Positions 1-7,396 of a stretch of 64,000 nt of DNA are shown piece by piece (the stretch's first letter is position 1; each line of letters opens with the position of its first letter). The notes beneath the pieces were generated by a model, which was not told where the DNA came from, did no database searches, and saw nothing but the letters and a program-made list of their open reading frames with translations. This stretch comes from an uncultured virus (IMG/VR IMGVR_UViG_3300009376_000009) (lineage: Duplodnaviria > Heunggongvirae > Uroviricota > Caudoviricetes), in the IMG/VR virus record IMGVR_UViG_3300009376_000009; one strand, 5' to 3'. The translations under genes and the position numbers were made by a program.

Positions 1-38
1 TGTTACAAAACGCTTGAGAGAACGTTACAAAACTCTGT

Positions 39-214
39 TCTCCGCCGAAGGCGGAGAGAGAGAGAGAGGCCCGCCGAAGGCGGGCCGTTACAAAACGTTC
101 GCGCCCCGCAGGGGCGCGTTACAAAACCTTCCTCTCGCCCGTTACAAAACCTTCCTCCTGTTCGTTACAAAACGTGTTACAAAACTTCCTCCCCCCCCCC
201 CGCAGGGGGGGGGG
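39..214. repeat. Four GC-rich hairpins with GAA/GCA triloops
   Basis: TCTCCGCC-GAA-GGCGGAGA (39-57), GGCCCGCC-GAA-GGCGGGCC (68-86), CGCGCCCC-GCA-GGGGCGCG (100-118), C11-GCA-G10 (191-214). Confidence 0.85.
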
Positions 215-240
215 CGCTCATCTGCCCCCCGTTACAAAAC

Positions 241-618
241 TCAGGGGATGACCCCGAACCAATTTGTCGGGTCGTCGGGAGTCTCAGGGTCAGGGGCGCA
301 AAATATGCACGGCGTCCCGCCGTGAAATTGGTTCAGGTCTGTGCCGTCGTGCGCCACCCAATCGGTGTCCGGCATCGTGCCGGTGCAGTTCAATGTCTCT
401 CCGTTACAAAACTTTTCGGTCATCAGGGTCATCATCAGGTGTCGGGTCTTGTCCGATACCGGCAGGCACGAATCGTCTGAGCCGGAGGCCCACACGTAGT
501 CAACCATCGCGTGGATGCTGACTAGGAAGTCATGCAGCCGTTGTAGGCTCCATGCGGGCAGGTTCCTGATGTATCTATGCGACCAAATCTTGCGCTTCTG
601 TGGGTGTGTCTTGTCCAT
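241..618 (-). CDS. Hypothetical protein, cassette 1 (125 aa)
   Basis: ATG is 25 nt from the TATA of GGTTCATATA. C-terminal CxxC. Confidence 0.8.
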   Translation of the reverse strand: MDKTHPQKRKIWSHRYIRNLPAWSLQRLHDFLVSIHAMVDYVWASGSDDSCLPVSDKTRHLMMTLMTEKFCNGETLNCTGTMPDTDWVAHDGTDLNQFHGGTPCIFCAPDPETPDDPTNWFGVIP

Positions 619-639
619 GACCCATCCTGCGTGTCCGGG

Positions 640-700
640 TATATGAACCCTCCTTATCCGTTACAAAACGTTTGTTCGTCCGAGCCGGACGTTTTGTAAC
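640..700 (-). promoter_or_regulatory. Cassette promoter 1: TATA box plus interrupted palindrome
   Basis: GGGTTCATATA at 640-650 (minus strand). GTTACAAAAC 660-669 and GTTTTGTAAC 691-700 are split by a 21-nt insert. Confidence 0.8.
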
Positions 701-821
701 ATTTGAAATGTTGCGTTACAAAACTTTCACCGTCCGTTACAAAACGTTAGAGAGAAAGCGTTACAAAACTTAGAGAGAGAGTGTTACAAAAGTTTGCAAA
801 TCGTTACAAAATCTGTAACGC

Positions 822-1250
822 TCAAGAGTCCCTCCTGATGCTGATGCAGTAGGAGGTAACGTCTTCCATCTCCCAACCCTTCGATTCGATGAACTGTTGT
901 AGGGGCCAATTCCAGCCGCCGCCCATGTACTCGGCGTCGCCCTCCGGCGATAGGAAGTCATACAGTATACCGCCGTCGAATACTAGGAATAGGTCACCCT
1001 CGCACTCGTGGCTGCTGAACCCCCTGTCGCCGCCCCCTGTGGCGAATGAGAAGGTGTCCTTGAACAGCGTGCAGCCTGAATGGGCGGAGTTCAGGGCAGG
1101 AGCAGGGTATAGGGGGTTACCGTCCTCATCGTCGCAGGTGAAGCGGGCATTGAGCCACTCACGGATGACTGACGCCATCTTGCGTGCTGCTGGTGGTAGG
1201 TGTTCGATGGCGAAGTCTGCGTGGTAGGCGGGTGTCCCGTCTGCGTCCAT
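822..1250 (-). CDS. Hypothetical acidic protein, cassette 2 (142 aa)
   Basis: Leaderless ATG at the conserved promoter spacing. Acidic, protein-like composition. Confidence 0.85.
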   Translation of the reverse strand: MDADGTPAYHADFAIEHLPPAARKMASVIREWLNARFTCDDEDGNPLYPAPALNSAHSGCTLFKDTFSFATGGGDRGFSSHECEGDLFLVFDGGILYDFLSPEGDAEYMGGGWNWPLQQFIESKGWEMEDVTSYCISIRRDS

Positions 1251-1271
1251 GCTACGTCAGCATGAAGCCCC

Positions 1272-1311
1272 CCTATAAACCCCTGCTCTTTGTTACAAAA
1301 CGTTTTGTAAC
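1272..1311 (-). promoter_or_regulatory. Cassette promoter 2
   Basis: GGGTTTATAGG plus perfect palindrome GTTACAAAACGTTTTGTAAC at 1292-1311. Confidence 0.8.
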
Positions 1312-1431
1312 ATTTTATATGTTGCCGTTACAAAACTTTTCGTTACAAAACTTTCAGAGAGAGAGAGGGGTGTTACAAAATGTTCAGAGAGAGAGCGTTA
1401 CAAAACCTGTGCGTTACAAAACCTGTAACGC

Positions 1432-1821
1432 CTACTCGTCAACCTCCTGCGCGTCGCGTGCCTGCTGCTTGAGTGCGTTGATGAGTCCGGTGTTGAATTG
1501 GCGGGTCGTTACAAAACTTATGTTAGCGTCCCACCCGCGAGCGCGGCGAAGGAAGTCCTCTGTTACAAAACTTGGAACCCACGTCCAGCCCCACGCAGCG
1601 CGAGCCATGCCGATGCGCTCCATCAGGCTAGCGACCGAGAAGGTCTTGGGGAAGGGGAACGCCCCCCCGCGTCGGTACATACGGGTGTCGTAGTCGGCAG
1701 GGATGCTGCCGAACCCGCACACCATGCCGAGGAAGGCAAGGCCATGTGGGTCGTTACAAAACTCTAGTTCTTGAGGGGTCAGGTCGTCGCTGCATTCGGT
1801 GGTGTCTATGATGAGGGGCAT
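1432..1821 (-). CDS. Hypothetical protein, cassette 3 (129 aa)
   Basis: GGAGTGA Shine-Dalgarno upstream of the start, own promoter at 1861. Confidence 0.8.
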   Translation of the reverse strand: MPLIIDTTECSDDLTPQELEFCNDPHGLAFLGMVCGFGSIPADYDTRMYRRGGAFPFPKTFSVASLMERIGMARAAWGWTWVPSFVTEDFLRRARGWDANISFVTTRQFNTGLINALKQQARDAQEVDE

Positions 1822-1860
1822 GTCGGGTCACTCCGTTCTGTATGTCGCTCCACTTCCTAG

Positions 1861-1900
1861 TATATGAACCCCTCGACCCTGTTACAAAACGTTTTGTAAC
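1861..1900 (-). promoter_or_regulatory. Cassette promoter 3
   Basis: GGGTTCATATA plus palindrome at 1881-1900. Confidence 0.85.
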
Positions 1901-2020
1901 ATCGAATATATTGTCCGTTACAAAACTTTCAGAGAGAGAGAGTGTTACAAAACTTTCAGAGAGAGAACGTTACAAAAGTTTCTCTCAGAGAGAGAGCGTT
2001 ACAAAACTTCGTTACAAAAC

Positions 2021-2257
2021 TTATTCTTCACCGAATCGTCTGCAACCCGACTCGTCGTCCTCGATTACCACGTCATCTATCAGGTCGCAGGCGCAGCGTA
2101 CACAGGCTATCGCCCTCCTGAACTTTCCTTCATCGGCTAGACGGATGGCGTCGTTACAAAACTCTAACATCAGTCGGACCTTTGCACATTTCAGCGCATC
2201 TGCATTTTTCACTAACACGTACTCATCGGCCTCGCCGCCGCGCCGCACTTCGCTCAT
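2021..2257 (-). CDS. Hypothetical protein, cassette 4 (78 aa)
   Basis: Leaderless ATG 25 nt from TATA. Cys-containing acidic C-terminus. Confidence 0.8.
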   Translation of the reverse strand: MSEVRRGGEADEYVLVKNADALKCAKVRLMLEFCNDAIRLADEGKFRRAIACVRCACDLIDDVVIEDDESGCRRFGEE

Positions 2258-2278
2258 GACCCATCCTGTCGTTCGTAG

Positions 2279-2318
2279 TATATGAACCCCTCGACTGTGT
2301 TACAAAACGTTTTGTAGC
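2279..2318 (-). promoter_or_regulatory. Cassette promoter 4
   Basis: GGGTTCATATA plus palindrome with one mismatch at 2299-2318. Confidence 0.85.
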
Positions 2319-2402
2319 ATCACATATACTAACCCGCGTTACAAAACTTTTAGGCTAAGAGAGAGAGCGTTACAAAATGTTTAGAGAGAGAACGTTACAA
2401 AA

Positions 2403-2614
2403 GTTCCCCACTATCCTCCGCCCCCATACCGGGGGGCGAGGGACTTCGGGGGTCGCGTCGTATGGTACGCGCTCCCCCTACATCGCCCCGGTCTTCAAGG
2501 GTCGTCCCGGCTCCGTCGAGCCGATGCCGTCCTCTCGTGGGGTTCTGCGTGGGGTCGGATTCATCTTCTACCAGCCTTGCTCGATGCTTACAGCCGCTTC
2601 CGGTTCCTCCTACA
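2403..2614 (-). ncRNA. Candidate structured non-coding RNA, cassette 5 (~210 nt)
   Basis: Own cassette promoter but no ORF at the expected start. Three GC-rich hairpins plus a possible CCCCAC/GTGGGG closing helix. Confidence 0.55.
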
Positions 2615-2635
2615 AATTGTCCTGTGCGCCACCAC

Positions 2636-2675
2636 TATATGAACTTGCCTATGCCGTTACAAAACGTTTTGTAAC
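2636..2675 (-). promoter_or_regulatory. Cassette promoter 5
   Basis: AGTTCATATA plus palindrome at 2656-2675. Confidence 0.8.
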
Positions 2676-2761
2676 GTCCATTATGTTGCGTCGTGCGTTA
2701 CAAAACTTGTAACGGTCAGAGAGAGCAGACAGAGAGGAAGAGCGTTACAAAACTTTTAGGC

Positions 2762-3094
2762 TCAAAAGTCCGCGATTATCAGTCCTCCCTCAATCGTTAC
2801 AAAACTTCCGTCAATCAATTCGGTCTTGGTAAACTCAATAACCGTCGTATGGTCGCGCAGGTCTTCAAGGCTCGTGATGCTGTCGTAATTCTCCTGCACT
2901 TCCGCGAGGTTCTCATACTCGGTGTACTCGCAGCAAATGTCTATGGGATAAAACTCAATCTCAATGCCGCAATCCTCTTCAAGTTGCGTGAGGTATTCGT
3001 ACAACGCTATACGCCCGTAATACGAGAAGTTTGCTTCGCGGTTGCACTCTCTGAACGCATCAATAAACATCGTCTGCGTGACCGTTTCTTTCAT
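2762..3094 (-). CDS. Hypothetical acidic phage-type protein, cassette 6 (110 aa)
   Basis: Leaderless ATG 25 nt from TATA. The NFSY..R.ALYEYL..LEE / DICCEYTE pattern resembles phage hypothetical proteins. Confidence 0.85.
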   Translation of the reverse strand: MKETVTQTMFIDAFRECNREANFSYYGRIALYEYLTQLEEDCGIEIEFYPIDICCEYTEYENLAEVQENYDSITSLEDLRDHTTVIEFTKTELIDGSFVTIEGGLIIADF

Positions 3095-3115
3095 GTTACG
3101 CGCTGTTGTTCCTAG

Positions 3116-3155
3116 TATATCAACCCTGTTACTGTGTTACAAAACGTTTTGTAAC
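3116..3155 (-). promoter_or_regulatory. Cassette promoter 6
   Basis: GGGTTGATATA plus palindrome at 3136-3155. Confidence 0.85.
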
Positions 3156-3234
3156 ATCAGTAATATTGCTTGCGTGTTACAAAACTTTTGAGGCAAAAGA
3201 AAGAGAGAGAGAGAGTGTTACAAAACTTTTAGGT

Positions 3235-3513
3235 TCAAGGGCAGTAATAGGCTACTACTGTGTAGTCCTCCTTTGATAGAAGGAATCCAATCTCGGTGGT
3301 GTCGCCCTCGGCATCAAGGATGAAGATGAGTCCGCGACTCTTCCAATCCTTTTGGTTGACTGCGTGCATGGCTTGGTATACCCTTTCCTTCGATACGCTG
3401 ATTGGGGTTCCAAGCATTCGCCAATCGCCGGTCGGTCTGACCAATAACTCGCAGTCGGCCAAGTCCTTGATACTTGCTCTCCAAGCATCCTTGTCGGGGC
3501 CACTCTTACTCAT
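3235..3513 (-). CDS. Hypothetical protein, cassette 7 (92 aa)
   Basis: Leaderless ATG 25 nt from TATA. Confidence 0.8.
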   Translation of the reverse strand: MSKSGPDKDAWRASIKDLADCELLVRPTGDWRMLGTPISVSKERVYQAMHAVNQKDWKSRGLIFILDAEGDTTEIGFLLSKEDYTVVAYYCP

Positions 3514-3534
3514 GTTACGCGCACGGACTCCGAG

Positions 3535-3574
3535 TATATGAACCCACCGACGGCGTTACAAAACGTTTTGTAAC
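3535..3574 (-). promoter_or_regulatory. Cassette promoter 7
   Basis: GGGTTCATATA plus palindrome at 3555-3574. Confidence 0.85.
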
Positions 3575-4040
3575 ATTCGCCCGTTCGCGCCCGCGCCGTT
3601 ACAAAACGTTGAGAGAGAGTGGGTGTTACAAAACGTTGTTACAAAACGTTGGCCTCCGTTACAAAACGTTTGGTGCAGAAAGTGCATCAAGTGTAGCCAA
3701 ACTCACCTAATGCAGATTTCGCAGCAGGTGTGATAGGCGCAGTAAGTGTTTTGGGGGTTACTTAGTGTTAGAATGAAACTAAGTGCAAGAGTTACATTTA
3801 AGTGTAGAATATGCAGCGAGTGCAGTTTTTGCACCGTTACAAAACATTTCCATAGGGGTTACAAAACATTAGGCGAAAAATAACCCGTTACAAAACGTCC
3901 CGAATCCAACTCTTCAAATACGAATCGCAAGCGTGAAATCGCTTGGAGGGGTCATACAGGCCGTTGCGCGTTGATTTGGGGTCAAAGTACTACCCCCACT
4001 TCATAAACGCTCTAAACACGTGTTTTTCGACCCCACAACA

Positions 4041-4177
4041 GGTTGATATACTCGTATGCTGTCCGGTATGGACTCCGGCGACGCGACTCGCCAAGTTGAT
4101 ATACTACTACCTCGTCTGATACCGGCGCGGCGCACCGTTACAAAACTTAATCGTTACAAAACCGCAGGTTCATATAC
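4041..4177 (+). promoter_or_regulatory. Three tandem rightward TATA elements
   Basis: GGTTGATATAC at 4041, AGTTGATATAC at 4094, GGTTCATATAC at 4167. The TATA of the last lies 25 nt before ATG 4198. Confidence 0.7.
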
Positions 4178-4197
4178 TCCTACTACGTCCCGCGTAC

Positions 4198-4653
4198 ATG
4201 GCGACAGGCTTCCCCTGCCGATACCGCAAGTGTAACGGAGTAGTCCACACCGGCAAGTGTCCGGTAGCGGCTGCACGAGGCAGAGCAGGAGGCAAGCAGA
4301 CCGGCGAGAGCAAGGCACGCACCGGAGAAGCCAACGGACGATTCAAGCACGGCTACCGAGATTGCTGCGAGACACTCACCACTAGCCCCCACCATATTCT
4401 ATGCGCCCACGCGAGGCACAGCATGAGGAAGAACATCAGAGCCAAGACTAATATCGAGGCACAGCCCGTCAGAGTGACCGTAGAGTGGGCTTCGATTTCG
4501 CTTGACTGCAAGGCTGTCGCGACGATGCTCCGGGGCGTAGACGGACTCTGCGCCTGCGGGACTACGCTGCCTGCGGTGCAGGCTCAGAGGATTCACCCGG
4601 AGGACGTGACGCAGAATCCAGCACGAGTGATATGCAACGCTTGCGACTGCTGA
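4198..4653 (+). CDS. Cys/His-rich putative Zn-binding protein
   Basis: Several C/H clusters, a terminal CxxC, and a GEANGRFKHG motif resembling NUMOD3-type DNA-binding motifs. Confidence 0.75.
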   Translation: MATGFPCRYRKCNGVVHTGKCPVAAARGRAGGKQTGESKARTGEANGRFKHGYRDCCETLTTSPHHILCAHARHSMRKNIRAKTNIEAQPVRVTVEWASISLDCKAVATMLRGVDGLCACGTTLPAVQAQRIHPEDVTQNPARVICNACDC

Positions 4654-4672
4654 TGCGCACCTTCTTAAGCAT
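4637..4672 (+). promoter_or_regulatory. Class II early promoter (ACGCTTGCGA-N19-TAAGCA)
   Basis: Motif at 4637, TAAG at 4666, ATG at 4691. Confidence 0.8.
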
Positions 4673-4690
4673 GGACGAGGACGGAGAGAT

Positions 4691-4969
4691 ATGACCGAGC
4701 AGCCCCCTGCCGATATACCAACTGAGCCTGACCGCCTCCTGCGGGAGAAGAAGAATGCCGTCCACCTGTGGCGCATCCTCCTTGACTGCCTTGACTGCGG
4801 CGACTGCATAGAAGACTTCCAGCGGCAGCCCGGAATCCAATTCAAGATTAGCCACCTGACGACTATCCTGACGACATGGCTCAAAGAAGCCGAGGACAAC
4901 GTAGAGTATCACGGCAAGAGCGACATGGAGAGAATCAAACTGATGTTGGAGAGTGGCCTCAATGAGTAA
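4691..4969 (+). CDS. Hypothetical protein (92 aa)
   Basis: Leaderless start 25 nt after TAAG. Confidence 0.8.
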   Translation: MTEQPPADIPTEPDRLLREKKNAVHLWRILLDCLDCGDCIEDFQRQPGIQFKISHLTTILTTWLKEAEDNVEYHGKSDMERIKLMLESGLNE

Positions 4970-5255
4970 CTCCACCGGAGAGATACGAGCAGTAGACGTC
5001 TGCTACCAATGCGGCGGCCCTCTACTTAACAATCAATTTGAGATGCTCAAGAGCGACCAAATGACCGACTTCCCGAATGGAGTATGGATAGACCAAAAGT
5101 ATTGCGTGGGCGAGGGAACTCTCAACTGCGCTTCGCTCCCGCGTGAAGTTAGACGCGGCCCTCTCTACGACGAGTGGATTACCTACGAAGCCGCAGACCT
5201 TCACACAGAGATTCAGGCTAAAAGAAACTCTGACGACGACGCTTGCGACGAGTAA
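4962..5255 (+). CDS. Hypothetical protein with CxxC
   Basis: ATG overlaps the upstream stop. CYQCGG knuckle. Confidence 0.75.
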   Translation: MSNSTGEIRAVDVCYQCGGPLLNNQFEMLKSDQMTDFPNGVWIDQKYCVGEGTLNCASLPREVRRGPLYDEWITYEAADLHTEIQAKRNSDDDACDE

Positions 5256-5274
5256 ACGGCATAGTTATAAGCAT
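5239..5274 (+). promoter_or_regulatory. Class II early promoter
   Basis: ACGCTTGCGA at 5239, TAAG at 5268, ATG at 5293. Confidence 0.8.
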
Positions 5275-5292
5275 GATTAACGAGGACAAAAT

Positions 5293-6324
5293 ATGAGCAA
5301 CACCCCCACACCCGAACTGCGGAACCTCCTGTCCGCCTTTGACGCCTTCGGCAAGTCTGCCGAGGGTGAAACAGGAATCGAAGTACTCAAGAACGCCGGT
5401 ATGGACTTCCGCGTAGAGTTGGAACCAATCTACCGGAGCAACAACGGCGGAGCAGTCAAGGACGGCTCCCGATTCAGGAGAGTCAGCCGAACCGACACTC
5501 ACGCCACGCTCGGAGTCGTATCTACCGGCTTCGTCCCATTCCAGCCCCGCGAGATGGCTGAGATTGGCGAGAAGATTGCTAAGGGCCGCGACGTCCTATG
5601 GGACAGGGTCGGCATGACTCACGGCGGCGCACGGATGATGATGAGTTTCCAACTGCCCGAAGAGTTCTCCTTCGGCAACGGCAACGACTCCGAGAGCATT
5701 CAGACGTTCTTCTACCTGATGAACGCGCACGACGGCTCTAGCGGCATGAAGATAGTGCCTTCACCCGTCCGCCTCGCCTGCTCCAACCAATTCCCGATGC
5801 TTGACGGCTTCCTCCGCAAGATGGGAGTCAACCCGAAGGACTTGTCTATCAGGCACAGCAGCCTCATGCACGGCAAGATGGAGAAGGTCATCAGCGCACT
5901 CAACATCGTAGACAACCTCTCGGAGCAATTCGCACAGGCTAACGCCGAGTTGCTTGAAGTCGAGATGGACGTCGGCGCACGGACGGAGTACTACATCGAA
6001 GTCCTCGGCCTCAAGACCGACCCGGAGTTGATTGACCTTGTCGAGAACCCCTTCGGCCTCGCTACACGCGGCAAGAACACCCTCAACGACCTCATCGAAA
6101 TCGAGGCTCTTGAGCGCAACAACGTAGGCGAGATGAACGACAGCGCCTTCCAAGCCTTCACCACGATAACGGACTTCCTTGACCACCGCAACGTCCACAA
6201 CAAGGACGGCTCAATCAACGAGCAGCGAGTCGAGTCGGCCATCATGGGGCCATCAGCACGCCTCAAGAACAAGGCTTGGGAGATTCTTGACGAGCGCGTC
6301 ATCGAAGCGCGACAAGTTGCGTGA
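5293..6324 (+). CDS. DUF932/DUF945-family phage/plasmid protein
   Basis: Motifs R.DT..TLGVVS..F.P.Q, NAHDGSSG, PVRLACSNQ and IRHS. Confidence 0.85.
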   Translation: MSNTPTPELRNLLSAFDAFGKSAEGETGIEVLKNAGMDFRVELEPIYRSNNGGAVKDGSRFRRVSRTDTHATLGVVSTGFVPFQPREMAEIGEKIAKGRDVLWDRVGMTHGGARMMMSFQLPEEFSFGNGNDSESIQTFFYLMNAHDGSSGMKIVPSPVRLACSNQFPMLDGFLRKMGVNPKDLSIRHSSLMHGKMEKVISALNIVDNLSEQFAQANAELLEVEMDVGARTEYYIEVLGLKTDPELIDLVENPFGLATRGKNTLNDLIEIEALERNNVGEMNDSAFQAFTTITDFLDHRNVHNKDGSINEQRVESAIMGPSARLKNKAWEILDERVIEARQVA

Positions 6325-6682
6325 GTGAGTCTAACAAACCGAGCCTAAAAGTAACTTCCTATCCCATTCCAAAATCACAACCGAAAGGAGAATCTCACGA
6401 CGAGCAAGGCGTAGCCTCATCTGACTGTGAGAAAGTCGTCGTCCCTATGGAACCACGAGCCGCCTGCCCTGACGAGGGGCAACGGGCAGCACGTGATGGG
6501 GCGGCGCACCCCCAACAACGAAAACCCAAGTCCTCTCCCCTGCGGCGTCCGCCTTGACGAAGGCCCACAGGATTGCTTGAACGCAGGGTCGGGGCAACAA
6601 ACTTTTGTAACGCATGGGGGCGAGTGGAGTTGTCCTCGCTCGCTCCCGCCTGCGTTTCTTGGGGTTAAAAGTAACTTGGAGA

Positions 6683-6703
6683 TTTTTTTGTGACGATTTT
6701 TTT
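6683..6703 (+). terminator. Archaeal T-tract terminator
   Basis: Two T7 runs upstream of the next promoter. Confidence 0.6.
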
Positions 6704-6798
6704 CGATGCCTCTGACGACGACAGAGAGAGAGATGAGAGAGAGAAGATTTCATCTAAAAGTAAGTCCCGCGTGCGACCCGAAGTGATAGACGACGGCG

Positions 6799-6833
6799 AC
6801 GCTTGCGATACGGAACCGTCATCTTCTTAAGCA
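6799..6833 (+). promoter_or_regulatory. Class II early promoter
   Basis: ACGCTTGCGA at 6799, TAAG at 6828, ATG at 6853. Confidence 0.8.
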
Positions 6834-6852
6834 ACGACAGAGAGGCGTGGTC

Positions 6853-7386
6853 ATGCAAGAGATAGTGCGTAGAGGCAAGGACTCTGACGTCTTCACAGGA
6901 CTCAAACTTGTGAACAAGCACAACGGCCACATGGCTATCGTTACGGGCGCGAACGTTACTGACTACGGCAGCGTACAATGGGACGTGCAGAAGCACACCG
7001 AGTCTTTCTCTCTAACATGGAATGCTAGGGACATAGCGAAGCATTGGTATCTCTGCACGCACGAAGAGTATGACCAACTACTCAGACTCTCATCAGAGTT
7101 GGCTGCACCCGACGCCAAACTCGTAGAGGCGACGGGCATCATCCCTATCAAGAGGGGGGAGATGACGCAAGTTAAGAGTCAAGGCTCAGAGTCAATCATA
7201 TACAGGTGGGAATATCACTACATCAAGCAGGACGAATCCTACGTGGACGAGTTGAAGCCTGTGGTCGTTAACTTCCGCCTAAAACTAAACTCCGATGATG
7301 CAGGCGAATTGACCGGGTACAACATCATTGATGAGCCTCTTCCCAACAGAGACTACAATCCGTTGGAGAACAAAGAAGAAGAGTGA
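6853..7386 (+). CDS. Hypothetical protein
   Basis: Long ORF. Start reassigned to ATG 6853 from promoter spacing. Confidence 0.8.
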   Translation: MQEIVRRGKDSDVFTGLKLVNKHNGHMAIVTGANVTDYGSVQWDVQKHTESFSLTWNARDIAKHWYLCTHEEYDQLLRLSSELAAPDAKLVEATGIIPIKRGEMTQVKSQGSESIIYRWEYHYIKQDESYVDELKPVVVNFRLKLNSDDAGELTGYNIIDEPLPNRDYNPLENKEEE

Positions 7387-7396
7387 GGGTTCTTTT

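Larger units (their letters stand above)
2..4162. repeat. Dispersed array of ~50 GTTACAAAA(C) repeats interleaved with (GA)n tracts
   Basis: About 52 plus-strand copies counted by eye between 2 and 4162. Reverse copies occur essentially only as the second arm of promoter palindromes. Confidence 0.95.

Noticed and set aside
14..3710. Plus-strand ORFs rich in RYKT/VTK/LQN
   Set aside because: They are translations of the repeat, antisense to the promoter-supported genes.
2..4162. GTTACAAAAC array as a CRISPR array or integron
   Set aside because: The repeat is only 10 bp with irregular spacing and has no cas operon or integrase. The palindromes sit at promoters, not at cassette ends like attC sites.
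6469..6540. CTGACGAG...CGAAA as a hammerhead ribozyme
   Set aside because: I could not build stem II or stem III adjacent to the core.
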